From Pseudobdellovibrionaceae bacterium (GTDB lineage: Bacteria; Bdellovibrionota; Bdellovibrionia; Bdellovibrionales; Bdellovibrionaceae): 61,544 nt of DNA. Shown piece after piece: positions 20,501-29,840 of the stretch. The stretch is taken from NCBI GenBank assembly GCA_046318875.1, contig JBKCTJ010000178.1:1-61544 (forward strand), read 5' to 3'. Below the pieces are notes generated by a model, which saw only the letters and a program-made list of their open reading frames with translations, ran no database searches and had not been told where the DNA came from. Position 1 is the stretch's first letter. Every line of letters begins with the position of its first letter. Both the position numbers and the translations under genes were made by a program.

Positions 20501-20530
20501 AAAAAAAGGAATAATGATATTCCTTTTTTT
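20501..20530 (-). terminator. intrinsic terminator after the Fis-like gene (A7/T7-flanked, potentially bidirectional)
   Basis: AAAAAAA-GGAATA-atga-TATTCC-TTTTTTT. Confidence 0.65.
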
Positions 20531-20548
20531 AGAGATGGATCATAGAAA

Positions 20549-21022
20549 TTACGAGTTTAGAGGTTTTTTAGCTCGGATTTTGTAAGTGTCCATTTTCTTT
20601 TTCAAAGTATTGCGATTGATTCCAAGCATTTGAGCAGTTTTTACTTGGTTGCCATTGAAAGCTTTCAAAGACAGTTCTAGAAGTGGCTTTTCAACTTGTT
20701 CAAGAACGATATTATAAAGACCGCTCAATTCAACTTGGGCTTCTTTTTGTTGATCAAATAGAACTTCAAGCTTGCTTTTCACAAGTCTTTCTAAACTAAC
20801 AGCTTGTAAATTTGCGACAAACAAATTGTCTGAATTATTGAGATCAGGAGCTTTTATATCGGTTCCTGCAGTTCCATTCAAAATCGGTGTCGTAGCCACA
20901 GCCTGGTGAATTGGATGGCTCTTGTTGTGCGTCATGCTGTTCATTGCATTGCTCATTGGATTGCTCATTCCATTGTTCATTGCATTCCCACCGATGATAT
21001 TTGTTTCAATCGTCTCACTCAT
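20549..21022 (-). CDS. Fis-family DNA-binding protein with Met/Asn-rich N-terminal low-complexity region
   Basis: C-terminal HTH GNQVKTAQMLGINRNTLKKKMDTYKI. N-terminus NAMNNGMSNPMSNAMNSMTHN. GAAGGAGA RBS. Confidence 0.85.
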   Translation of the reverse strand: MSETIETNIIGGNAMNNGMSNPMSNAMNSMTHNKSHPIHQAVATTPILNGTAGTDIKAPDLNNSDNLFVANLQAVSLERLVKSKLEVLFDQQKEAQVELSGLYNIVLEQVEKPLLELSLKAFNGNQVKTAQMLGINRNTLKKKMDTYKIRAKKPLNS

Positions 21023-21111
21023 GATTTCAGTTCTCCTTCAGTTAGCAGTTACTGTTGTGTTGTTTTTGAAAATGAACAAAGTCTTTGGAACTCCAAAAGT
21101 TGGAATATCTT

Positions 21112-21753
21112 TTAAACTCCGCGCATGTCAGGAGACCAGATATACTTATGTAGCTGTAATTGCAATCTTGCTGTTGATTTTTTCTGCAATATTTTTTCTG
21201 CGAGCCATCGCTCCGACACTTGGCCGTATGATGGACTGTATAAAATCAGATATTTTTCAGATAATTCATGTTGACGGGAAAAGGATTCTGACCAATCGAA
21301 GTCTTTTTCCGAACAAATGACGAATTTGATTTCCGTTGAAGGCCCCGCCCACTGCAGGTTCTCCAGCATGAAGCTATCGGCAGCCCCACTGTCGGGGGTC
21401 TTGACATCCAAGATCACTTTGACACGCGCATCCACGTCTTTCGTGGGTTTTGCCCCACTTGTTTCTAAGGAAACCGTATAACCAAGGTCGCAAAGCTGTT
21501 GCATGAGCACAAGAACTTCTTTTTGTAAAAGGGGCTCGCCACCAGTGATGCAAACAAACTTTGTTTTGTAAGATTCGATTTCTTCAATCAAGCTAGAAAT
21601 GGATCGCATTGATCCATGATCATAAGAATACTTGGTATCGCAATAGGTGCATCGCAAGTGACAAGCTGTTGTGCGCACGAACACTGTTGGGTGACCAACA
21701 TAGGAGGATTCACCTTGGATGCTGTAAAAAACCTCGTTGATTTTAAGATCCAA
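21112..21753 (-). CDS. queE: 7-carboxy-7-deazaguanine synthase (radical SAM)
   Basis: FYSIQGES and the CHLRCTYCDT cluster. About 210 aa. TTG start. Confidence 0.88.
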   Translation of the reverse strand: MDLKINEVFYSIQGESSYVGHPTVFVRTTACHLRCTYCDTKYSYDHGSMRSISSLIEEIESYKTKFVCITGGEPLLQKEVLVLMQQLCDLGYTVSLETSGAKPTKDVDARVKVILDVKTPDSGAADSFMLENLQWAGPSTEIKFVICSEKDFDWSESFSRQHELSEKYLILYSPSYGQVSERWLAEKILQKKSTARLQLQLHKYIWSPDMRGV

Positions 21754-21886
21754 AGACTCACCCCGCGAAACTCGACCGACATTGGTCGGCTTGAAATAGC
21801 GTCTTGCCCCAGCTTAAGTCAAGATCTGCTCGAGCAAGACCGCCAAAATTTAGACATCAACTCCAGCATCGGCTTAAAGTTAAGGG

Positions 21887-24292
21887 ATGACTCATCTACT
21901 GAAAAAACTACGACGCGACCTCTGGGCCATTGCCATTTTGACACTTGGGATATTTCTAACTCTGGCTTTATTGACCTACAATCCGAATGATCCTTCGTTT
22001 AATACCATCGGTAAAAGCTTACAGGCTACCAATGCCTGCGGAATTGTCGGTTCCTTTGTTGCAGATTTGTTTTATCAGGGCTTCGGTTTTGGAGCGTGGG
22101 TATTTGTGATCGGGCTTCTTTTTAAATTTTATCAAGTCATCACAGTGCACACATCGGAAATTGTAGGTAAAAGAGCATTTTGGTTTGCTTCGCTGATTTT
22201 CGTATCGACCTCTCTGCTTGCGCTCTATTTTCCAGACGGACGTTTTTTCAAAAACCAAGTCCTGTCCGGTGGCTTACTGGGAGCAGCTTCGGTCAGGGTC
22301 CTTGTTGCAGCTTTTAATCCCTTGGGGGTTCAAGTTCTATTGTGGGCCATGACAGTGACTTTAGGTCTATTTTATTCAGAAAAGAATTTGAAAGAAATAT
22401 TTGATTCCGCAGCAGCACTGGTAAAAAAACCAAAGAATATAAACTTGAACTTTCTTCGGTTAGAAACTTACCCCTCGGCACCTCAAAAAAGGGCACCCTT
22501 GGTGGCGCGGGAGATTCAGCCGTCTCATTTAGACCCGGCAGAAAAAAAATCTAGATTTCCGATATCTGACACGCTCTCTCAATTTTTCCTAAAAAAGAAT
22601 GCCCAAAACAGTCCTTCTGAAAGTAAAAACAATACATACGATGAGTCGAATGACAGCTCCCAAGATTCCGGGAATTCTATGATAGGCGTATTGAGCGCAG
22701 CCAATGAGCACCCAATGCACAAAATTGGACGCCGTCGTGTTTTACCCAAAGTATCGATTCCAAAACGTGTTGAAAATTGGGAAATGCCAAAGCTGGCATT
22801 GATTGAAGATCCGCCAGTGACTCGAATTAAAATTGATGAAAAAGAAATGCGCCGCAAATCCGAAGTTTTAATCGATAAATTGAAACAGTTTGGTGTCCAT
22901 GGACAAATCGTCGCTGTCAAACCAGGACCGGCCGTGACGATGTTTGAATTAAAACCCAATGCCGATGTCAAAATCACAGAAGTCACAAAGCTGACGGATG
23001 ATTTGGCTTTGGCCCTCTCTAGCGAATCCCTTCGAATGATTGCTCCTATTCCGGGGCGAGATGTTATTGGTATCGAGACTTCGAATGCTCAGCGGGAAAC
23101 TGTTTATTTGAAAGACATCCTCAGTGAAGACCAGTTTTGGAGTGAAGAAATTAAATTACCTTTGGCCATGGGGCGCGCAGCCAATGGAGATCCTAAAATC
23201 GTGGATCTTCGAAAGATGCCCCATCTGCTAGTGGCTGGAACAACGGGGTCAGGGAAATCGGTCTTTACTGTATCCTGCATCATCGGTCTTTTATTCAGAC
23301 ACTCTCCGAAAACAATGCGTCTCATTTTAATTGATCCGAAACAAGTGGATTTAGCAGCGTTTTCTGAAATTCCACATTTATTAATGCCGCCAGTGACAGA
23401 GCCTAAAAAAGCTGTTGTCGCATTGAAGTGGGCCGTTCGTGAAATGGAAAAACGATACCGTTCTATGAAAAAATTTGGCGCTCGTGGCATTGAAGGATTC
23501 AATGAAATAGTTTCAGAATTGAAACCTGAACAAATCGCAGAGCACGAAAAAATAAATTTAGCTTATGAAGCTCAAGGCGCTATGAAGCTCGAGCAATATT
23601 ATTGGTCGCCACAACCCTACATTGTCATCGTTGTAGAAGAGTTTGGCGATTTAATGGCCGTCGATAAACAAAATGTCGAACAAAGCGTTGTCCGACTTGC
23701 TCAAATGGCTCGAGCTTGCGGCATTCATTTGATTCTAGCAATGCAGTCTCCACGCAAGGAAGTTGTTACGGGATTGATAAAAACAAATATTCCGGGTCGC
23801 ATCAGCTTTAAAGTTGCCAGCAAAATGGATTCGCGAATTATTTTGGATGAACAAGGTGCCGAGCGGTTGTTGGCTCAAGGGGATATGTTGTTTCTAGCGC
23901 CGGGCTTGGCGAAACCAGCAAGGCATCACGGGCCATTTTTAAAAGAAATCGAAATTAATGGAGTCGCACAGTTTTGGGCCAATCAAGCAGAGCCGGTGTT
24001 TGATGATGTTGCATTGAAAGCTCTTGAGGGCGGCCCTGACGGTGGCGCGGACGGCGATGGCACAGGATCAGACTTTGGTACGGACGAACACGACGAGCGT
24101 TACGATGAAATTTTATCTTGGGCTTCGGAACAAAAAGAAATCAGCGCCTCGCTGATTCAAAGGCGATTTCGCCTTGGCTACCCACGAGCAGCAAGAATGG
24201 TTGAACTATTCGAGAGAGAAGGTGTTGTTGGTCCAGCAAATGGCAGCAAACCCCGTCAAGTCCTTGCACGATCTTTGAAAGAGCTCGACTAA
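21887..24292 (+). CDS. ftsK: DNA translocase FtsK
   Basis: N-terminal TM helices. Walker A GTTGSGKS and Walker B VVEEFGDLM. C-terminal gamma wHTH SASLIQRRFRLGYPRAARMVELFEREGVV. Confidence 0.95.
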   Translation: MTHLLKKLRRDLWAIAILTLGIFLTLALLTYNPNDPSFNTIGKSLQATNACGIVGSFVADLFYQGFGFGAWVFVIGLLFKFYQVITVHTSEIVGKRAFWFASLIFVSTSLLALYFPDGRFFKNQVLSGGLLGAASVRVLVAAFNPLGVQVLLWAMTVTLGLFYSEKNLKEIFDSAAALVKKPKNINLNFLRLETYPSAPQKRAPLVAREIQPSHLDPAEKKSRFPISDTLSQFFLKKNAQNSPSESKNNTYDESNDSSQDSGNSMIGVLSAANEHPMHKIGRRRVLPKVSIPKRVENWEMPKLALIEDPPVTRIKIDEKEMRRKSEVLIDKLKQFGVHGQIVAVKPGPAVTMFELKPNADVKITEVTKLTDDLALALSSESLRMIAPIPGRDVIGIETSNAQRETVYLKDILSEDQFWSEEIKLPLAMGRAANGDPKIVDLRKMPHLLVAGTTGSGKSVFTVSCIIGLLFRHSPKTMRLILIDPKQVDLAAFSEIPHLLMPPVTEPKKAVVALKWAVREMEKRYRSMKKFGARGIEGFNEIVSELKPEQIAEHEKINLAYEAQGAMKLEQYYWSPQPYIVIVVEEFGDLMAVDKQNVEQSVVRLAQMARACGIHLILAMQSPRKEVVTGLIKTNIPGRISFKVASKMDSRIILDEQGAERLLAQGDMLFLAPGLAKPARHHGPFLKEIEINGVAQFWANQAEPVFDDVALKALEGGPDGGADGDGTGSDFGTDEHDERYDEILSWASEQKEISASLIQRRFRLGYPRAARMVELFEREGVVGPANGSKPRQVLARSLKELD

Positions 24293-24403
24293 CATCCTAA
24301 CACAAGCGCTTAAACATCTCACTTTTTACTGATCGGTTTTTGACCGGAGGACTTTGGCATGGTGTGATCATCATACAAAATTTGGTTATACCAAGGAGGT
24401 CTC

Positions 24404-24976
24404 ATGAGAAATTTAATTATCGCAAGTGTATTTTTGATCGGAGCAAATGGTTTTGCTTCAACAGTTGCTTTTAATACAGTATCTGAAATTCAGACACAGA
24501 TGACTGCGGCGCAAATAGCTGAAGGGCGCGCGCTTGATTGGAAAGTAAATGATACGAACAATTATAAAATGAACGTCGGTGGTTTTCTGAGCGGAACAAT
24601 GGTGATGAAAGTCACTTCAAAAACAGAAGAGGGAATTTGGGTGAATCAAGACATCGACCTTTCTGGGAATAAACAAGTTGCAGATACGCTTTTTGACGCA
24701 AACAGCGGGGCTGTTATCAAAACTATCGTTAACGGTAAAGAACAGGCTCCAGCAGAAAACGATCAAGAAATTGAATCAGTAACTCAAGAAAAAATCACAG
24801 TCGCTGCTGGAACTTTTGACTGCTTGCACGCAGTACTGGTCAGCAAAAAAGATCAGTCCAAAACAGATGCATGGGTCAATCCGCAGATTATTCCAATTTC
24901 TGGAGCAATTAAATTGATTGCGCCAAGCCAGTTTGGAAAAGTGACAATGGAGCTTACATCGTTTAAAAAGAACTGA
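24404..24976 (+). CDS. hypothetical secreted protein
   Basis: Signal peptide MRNLIIASVFLIGANGFA. Beta-rich. I recognised no family. Confidence 0.6.
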   Translation: MRNLIIASVFLIGANGFASTVAFNTVSEIQTQMTAAQIAEGRALDWKVNDTNNYKMNVGGFLSGTMVMKVTSKTEEGIWVNQDIDLSGNKQVADTLFDANSGAVIKTIVNGKEQAPAENDQEIESVTQEKITVAAGTFDCLHAVLVSKKDQSKTDAWVNPQIIPISGAIKLIAPSQFGKVTMELTSFKKN

Positions 24977-25944
24977 TGAAGTTAAAACCGTATTTTCGAT
25001 TTTTGAATAGATCAAAATTAAAAAGAGCCAGCTTATCAAAGTTGGCTCTTTTTTTATTGATCTCGACGTTCTTTTGCACTCAAAGAGTGGCTAGTGCACA
25101 AGCTGCTGCTGCGGAAAAGGCATTGGTTGAAAAAGGACCAACGGACATTTCTGTTCGAATAGAAAAACTCCTCGGTGAAAAAAAGAAAAAAGAAGCTATC
25201 AATTTACTTGTGGCCTCGCTGCAGAGTTCAGGAAAAGTGAATCTCAAAACTCAAGCAATTAAAAATTTTTCGTTGCAACAACAAAACAATTATGAACTTT
25301 ATCTGCGGCTCTCGCGAGCTTTTGAAACAGATCGCGCTCAACAAATTTATGAATTGGCCATGGCGAGCAAAAAATCAAATCCCGCCTTGGCCTTACGAAA
25401 AATTGAAGATGCTCTTTTGGTTGAGCCGACTCAGCAACTTTTGATTCTGGAAAAAATACGGATGACCATTGCCAAAAAAGACTGTTTGGCCGCCGAGCCA
25501 CTGCTTGAGCCTTTAAAAGCAAAGTATTTTTTTGATGAAGAAATATTACTTCTGTCTTTGCAACAACAACTCTGTCTGCAAAAACCTATCGAAGGACAGC
25601 TGATTCTTTTAAAAAAACAGGTGCCCTTGATAAAAGCCGAATGGCTTTGGTTGTCTTTAAGCATTCAACAAAAGCTTCAAGCCAAACAATGGGTGACGTC
25701 CTTTGAAGAAATTGAGCGCCTTAAAAAAATAGACGGCGCCTATCCAGAAGTTTTTTATTTCGAGTGGGTCATCGGATATCAAACGAAAAACTATCGAATG
25801 AGCACAGCGCAAAAATATCAAAAAAAATGTGAAGAATTGACGGGGTTTGTTTATCGAAAATACAATCTGGACCCACTTTTGTGTCAGCGGGTTGCAGAAG
25901 TCATTGAAGATTTAAATAATTTAAAGAAAAAGCAAGCTGGCTAA
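24976..25944 (+). CDS. hypothetical secreted helical-repeat protein
   Basis: Signal peptide ending VASAQA. TGATG overlap with the upstream gene. Confidence 0.6.
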   Translation: MKLKPYFRFLNRSKLKRASLSKLALFLLISTFFCTQRVASAQAAAAEKALVEKGPTDISVRIEKLLGEKKKKEAINLLVASLQSSGKVNLKTQAIKNFSLQQQNNYELYLRLSRAFETDRAQQIYELAMASKKSNPALALRKIEDALLVEPTQQLLILEKIRMTIAKKDCLAAEPLLEPLKAKYFFDEEILLLSLQQQLCLQKPIEGQLILLKKQVPLIKAEWLWLSLSIQQKLQAKQWVTSFEEIERLKKIDGAYPEVFYFEWVIGYQTKNYRMSTAQKYQKKCEELTGFVYRKYNLDPLLCQRVAEVIEDLNNLKKKQAG

Positions 25945-25974
25945 TTTTAATCAGCACGCTCACAAGCGGAGTTC

Positions 25975-26217
25975 ATGGTGAAAAATCTAATTGTAGTTTT
26001 GTCTATAGGCGCTTTTTTTGGAATTTTTGGGTGCGGCGTTAAAGGCAAACCGCTCCCCCCGGAAGAACCGGCATCTATTGGTCGCGGCCAAGAAATTAAG
26101 TCTACGGAATCTGTTCAAGCACCCAAGGCTTGGCCCATGGTTGAAGGAAAGCCTCTTGTTTTACCAAAGAAAATAAAAACAAAGGACGCGCCAAAGAAAA
26201 AACCTGCAAAAAAATAA
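25975..26217 (+). CDS. small lipoprotein, LptM(YifL)-like
   Basis: Lipobox plus GCGVKGKPLPPEEP resembles E. coli LptM GCGLKGPLYFP. It lies immediately upstream of dapF, as in E. coli. Confidence 0.6.
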   Translation: MVKNLIVVLSIGAFFGIFGCGVKGKPLPPEEPASIGRGQEIKSTESVQAPKAWPMVEGKPLVLPKKIKTKDAPKKKPAKK

Positions 26218-26239
26218 TTTCAGCAGTAGGTTAAGTCTC

Positions 26240-27124
26240 ATGCAAAAGTCACCTGTGATTTATAAACTTTCTGGCGCTGGAAATACCTTTGCTTTTGTTG
26301 ATGCGCAGAGGGGGCATCATTATGATTTGTGGGAAAAAAGTAGGCTCAGTCGCCAGTCCTCACAAAACCCAAAGAATTCTTCCTTAACTCAAACTGGTTT
26401 AAGAAAAAAAATCGTTCGTCGGGTTTGTTCCTCAGTGGAAGGTCTTTCCTGCGACGGATTTGTATTTATAGATTTGAAAAATTCTGGGTGGATTTGGGAT
26501 TTTTATAATAACGATAGTTCTGAAGCTGAAATGTGTGGAAACGCGGCTAGGTGTGCCATGCTTTTTATTCGAGATATTTTGGGCCATGAAATTAAAAATC
26601 TGGAGTTACAAACTACTTCTGGAAAAATCTATGGAGCTGACCGCAGTAAGAACAAAATAAATCAGTTCGAAATCACAATGACAAACCCCTTCCGGATCCT
26701 GAAAGAAATTTCAAAAACAGTGATTACGAATCAAATTCAGTTCAGCTTGATTGATACAGGTGTTCCTCACTTGGTTTTTGAAGGCCTTCGATTGTCTAAG
26801 GTGGATTCATTTCAATTACGCATGGATTTTGATATTTCTGCAATTGGCACTAACGTGACAAGCTTTCAAGAAACGGCAACCGATCACATTTCGGCTGTGA
26901 CTTACGAACGAGGAGTTGAAGATTTTACTTTAGCTTGCGGAACAGGAGCAGTTGCTGCTGCCCTTGATTATTGGCGCAAATCAAGCTCCCAAGAACCAAG
27001 GTGGATTCAAGTGGATATGCCGGGCGGAACGCTTCAAGTATTTTGTTCATCCAGAGAAAAACCCAAGATGCGGGGACCCGCAGAAATTTTATTGAAAGCA
27101 AAAATAAACAAGGACTATTTATGA
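26240..27124 (+). CDS. dapF: diaminopimelate epimerase
   Basis: SGAGNTFAFVD, with catalytic Cys contexts MCGNAARC and ACGTGAVAAA. Confidence 0.9.
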   Translation: MQKSPVIYKLSGAGNTFAFVDAQRGHHYDLWEKSRLSRQSSQNPKNSSLTQTGLRKKIVRRVCSSVEGLSCDGFVFIDLKNSGWIWDFYNNDSSEAEMCGNAARCAMLFIRDILGHEIKNLELQTTSGKIYGADRSKNKINQFEITMTNPFRILKEISKTVITNQIQFSLIDTGVPHLVFEGLRLSKVDSFQLRMDFDISAIGTNVTSFQETATDHISAVTYERGVEDFTLACGTGAVAAALDYWRKSSSQEPRWIQVDMPGGTLQVFCSSREKPKMRGPAEILLKAKINKDYL

Positions 27125-28002
27125 GCCAAAAATTTCAAACAACATTGACCGCCCTGGTAACCCCATTTTTTGATGGAAAAGTTGACTTTCAATCTTTAGA
27201 AAAACTTGTTCAATTTCAAATGCAAAACGGAGTAAAAGATTTTGTTATCAATGGCACAACCGGCGAGAGCCCGACGGTCAATATTGAAGAAATGAAAGAA
27301 ATATTTGCACTCGTCAAAAGCAAAACGCCACAAGGTACTTTGTTTTTTGGCACCGGATCCAATAGCACAGAAAAAACAAAAGAAGATTCAGTGAAAGCAC
27401 AAAAACTTGGCGCAGACGCAGTTTTAGTGGTTGTCCCTTATTACAACAAGCCAACTCAGCATGGTTTGTATTTGCACTTTAAGGCCGTCGCTTCATCCAT
27501 AGAAATCCCAGTTATTTTGTACAATGTTCCGGGGCGAACCATTACGGCATTATCTGTTGATACGATTAAAAAGCTATCTGCGATTCAAAATATCAAAGGG
27601 ATCAAAGAAGCGAGCGGGAATATTCAAATGGCGAAAGAAATTTCCACAGGCTGCGGGGATCAGTTTGCATTGCTGTCCGGTGATGATGGGACGTATGCTC
27701 AATTTTTGGAAGCAGGTGGGCATGGAGTGATATCTGTCGCAAGTCATATTTTGCCAAAGGATTTTGTAGATATCAAAAAAATCGCTTTGGAAAAAAAGTT
27801 TGATCAAGCCGCAAGCTTGATTCAAAAAAACGCTGCGCTGATTGATGCGCTTTTCTTAGAAGCAAATCCAATTCCGGTGAAGATGGCTTTGCATTGGATG
27901 GGGATTTTAAAATCACCAGAATGCAGACTACCTCTGACCACCTTCAGCGAACAACATCATTCACTGCTGAAGACAGAAATGAAAAAACAGGGGCTTTTGT
28001 AA
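27121..28002 (+). CDS. dapA: 4-hydroxy-tetrahydrodipicolinate synthase
   Basis: ALVTPF, NGTTGES, YNVPGRT and IKEASG. Start set at ATG 27121, which overlaps the dapF stop as ATGA. The longer ORF-track N-terminus lies inside dapF. Confidence 0.93.
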   Translation: MSQKFQTTLTALVTPFFDGKVDFQSLEKLVQFQMQNGVKDFVINGTTGESPTVNIEEMKEIFALVKSKTPQGTLFFGTGSNSTEKTKEDSVKAQKLGADAVLVVVPYYNKPTQHGLYLHFKAVASSIEIPVILYNVPGRTITALSVDTIKKLSAIQNIKGIKEASGNIQMAKEISTGCGDQFALLSGDDGTYAQFLEAGGHGVISVASHILPKDFVDIKKIALEKKFDQAASLIQKNAALIDALFLEANPIPVKMALHWMGILKSPECRLPLTTFSEQHHSLLKTEMKKQGLL

Positions 28003-28003
28003 A

Positions 28004-28711
28004 ATGAAAAAAATGAAACTAGGGATCTACGGGGCGACTGGGCGAGTAGGTAAGGAATTGCTAACACTCGTCACGAATGGAAAAACATTTTTGCCTAGCG
28101 TAGGAATTGGAAATCAAAAGGCGCCCGTGGGGTTTCAGTGCAATCTAAAAAAAACTGAAAAGAAAGCAGCGGCTGTTGATGTTTTCATCGATTTTTCTTT
28201 GCCGGAAGCTTTTTCCAATATTGTTTCATTTTGTGTGACTCATAAAATTCCCTTGGTCAGCGGCACAACGGGTTTAACAAGTGCACATAAAAGCGAAATG
28301 CAAAAAGCTTCTAAAAAAATTCCTTTGTTGTGGTCTTCAAATATGAGTGTTGGAATTGCGACTCTTCGCAAGGCATTGCATTCTTTGGGTCAGCTGGATG
28401 GGTTTGATTTTCAAATCGAAGAATTTCACCACAATCGAAAAAAAGACAAACCAAGCGGTACCGCCATTACTTTGCAGCAGGATTTAGAAGCCGTGGTGCA
28501 GAAAAAATTACCAGAAGTGTTATCCATTCGAGGAGGTGGCATCTTTGGAGTCCACAAAGTCTATGCCATGTCCGATGAAGAAGTGATTGTCTTTGAACAC
28601 CAAGCGTTGAACCGAACGGTGTTTGCAAAAGGCGCGCTTCACGCAGCACAATGGCTTGTCAAGCAAAAGCCAGGTTTGTATCAAATGACAGACGTTTTGA
28701 ATCAGAAATAA
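28004..28711 (+). CDS. dapB: 4-hydroxy-tetrahydrodipicolinate reductase
   Basis: GATGRVG and EEFHHNRKKDKPSGTA. Confidence 0.92.
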   Translation: MKKMKLGIYGATGRVGKELLTLVTNGKTFLPSVGIGNQKAPVGFQCNLKKTEKKAAAVDVFIDFSLPEAFSNIVSFCVTHKIPLVSGTTGLTSAHKSEMQKASKKIPLLWSSNMSVGIATLRKALHSLGQLDGFDFQIEEFHHNRKKDKPSGTAITLQQDLEAVVQKKLPEVLSIRGGGIFGVHKVYAMSDEEVIVFEHQALNRTVFAKGALHAAQWLVKQKPGLYQMTDVLNQK

Positions 28712-28726
28712 CATCGGAGAACCAAA

Positions 28727-29377
28727 GTGAAATTTTTTATTGATACTGCAGACATTCAAGAAATCAAAACAGCTCAAGCTCGTGGATGGGTTGATGGAGT
28801 CACAACAAATCCGAGTTTAGTTGCTAAAACGGGCAAGCCTTTTAAAAAATTGATTGAAGAAATTTGTCACTTGGTGCCGGGTCCCGTTTCAGCAGAAGTG
28901 GTCAGCCTTGAAGCTGAGGGTATGTTCAAAGAAGGTTTAGAACTCTCTAAAATTGCAAAAAATGTCGTTGTTAAAGTTCCCATGACAGAAGACGGAATGG
29001 TCGCAGTCAAAAGACTAACTGCTGAAAAAATTCAAACCAATGTGACACTGGTCTTTAATCCAATGCAAGCATTGCTGGCTGCCAAAGCTGGAGCAACGAT
29101 GGTTTCTCCGTTCGTTGGAAGACTTGATGACATCGGCATTGATGGTTTAGCTATGGTTGAGGAAATCGTCGCTATGTATCAAGCTTATGATTTCAGGACT
29201 GAAGTCCTGGTTGCAAGCGTGAGGTCTCCGCTTCATATTCAAAAAGCGGCTTTGATGGGTGCAGACATTGCGACCATTCCTTACAAAGTGATGCAACAAA
29301 TGACCCAACACCCACTGACAGATCGCGGAATTAAACAATTTATGGATGATTGGAATAAAGCAAACATCACTTTCTGA
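28727..29377 (+). CDS. tal: transaldolase type 3B / fructose-6-phosphate aldolase family
   Basis: [18 protein letters not shown] and SPFVGRLDD. 216 aa. Confidence 0.9.
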   Translation: MKFFIDTADIQEIKTAQARGWVDGVTTNPSLVAKTGKPFKKLIEEICHLVPGPVSAEVVSLEAEGMFKEGLELSKIAKNVVVKVPMTEDGMVAVKRLTAEKIQTNVTLVFNPMQALLAAKAGATMVSPFVGRLDDIGIDGLAMVEEIVAMYQAYDFRTEVLVASVRSPLHIQKAALMGADIATIPYKVMQQMTQHPLTDRGIKQFMDDWNKANITF

Positions 29378-29379
29378 CG

Positions 29380-29826
29380 ATGAAGTTGCGATTGTTTAAA
29401 AATATTTTTATTTTTCACTTTATTTTTTTCATGATGGGCTGTGCGCATTACGATGAAGGCACAGTGCTACGAGAAACGCCTTTGGGTATTAGCGAAACAC
29501 GCAAGGTCATGACCACCATTTTTGGTGAGCCCAGATATATCAGCCAAAATGGTCGAGAAATGACATCTCAGTTTTACGACACCAAGGGCCGGTTTGGAAC
29601 CTTCGAAAAGGAACGAAGTCGGCTCTACACGCATATCGTGATTTTAGGTGAACGCAGACCCTATGATATCCAAGTGATGGTCAAGGTCCAGGCTCGGGAT
29701 GGTGGCAAGTTTCAAGACGTTGCCATCGACGAACGTCGGTCTCGAGAAGCAGCTGAAAAAATTCAACAGGCCTTGAACGAAAGTCGCGATAAGCGCAACT
29801 TCATTGACGACTTCAAACCCTTCTAA
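29380..29826 (+). CDS. hypothetical lipoprotein
   Basis: Lipobox-like signal FIFFMMGC. I recognised no family. Confidence 0.6.
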   Translation: MKLRLFKNIFIFHFIFFMMGCAHYDEGTVLRETPLGISETRKVMTTIFGEPRYISQNGREMTSQFYDTKGRFGTFEKERSRLYTHIVILGERRPYDIQVMVKVQARDGGKFQDVAIDERRSREAAEKIQQALNESRDKRNFIDDFKPF

Positions 29827-29840
29827 ATACACTGTTATGA

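Noticed and set aside
21754-21886. The queE upstream region, checked for a preQ1 riboswitch.
   Set aside because: No preQ1-I/II-like consensus is visible. There is only a 5-bp hairpin and a TGCTCGAGCA palindrome.
22579-23502. Two minus-strand ORFs of about 130 aa inside ftsK.
   Set aside because: They are antisense to the conserved FtsK motor domain. They are typical shadow ORFs.
26971-27120. A 50-codon N-terminal extension of the dapA ORF.
   Set aside because: It lies entirely within dapF in another frame. The canonical DapA N-terminus starts at ATG 27121 with an ATGA overlap.
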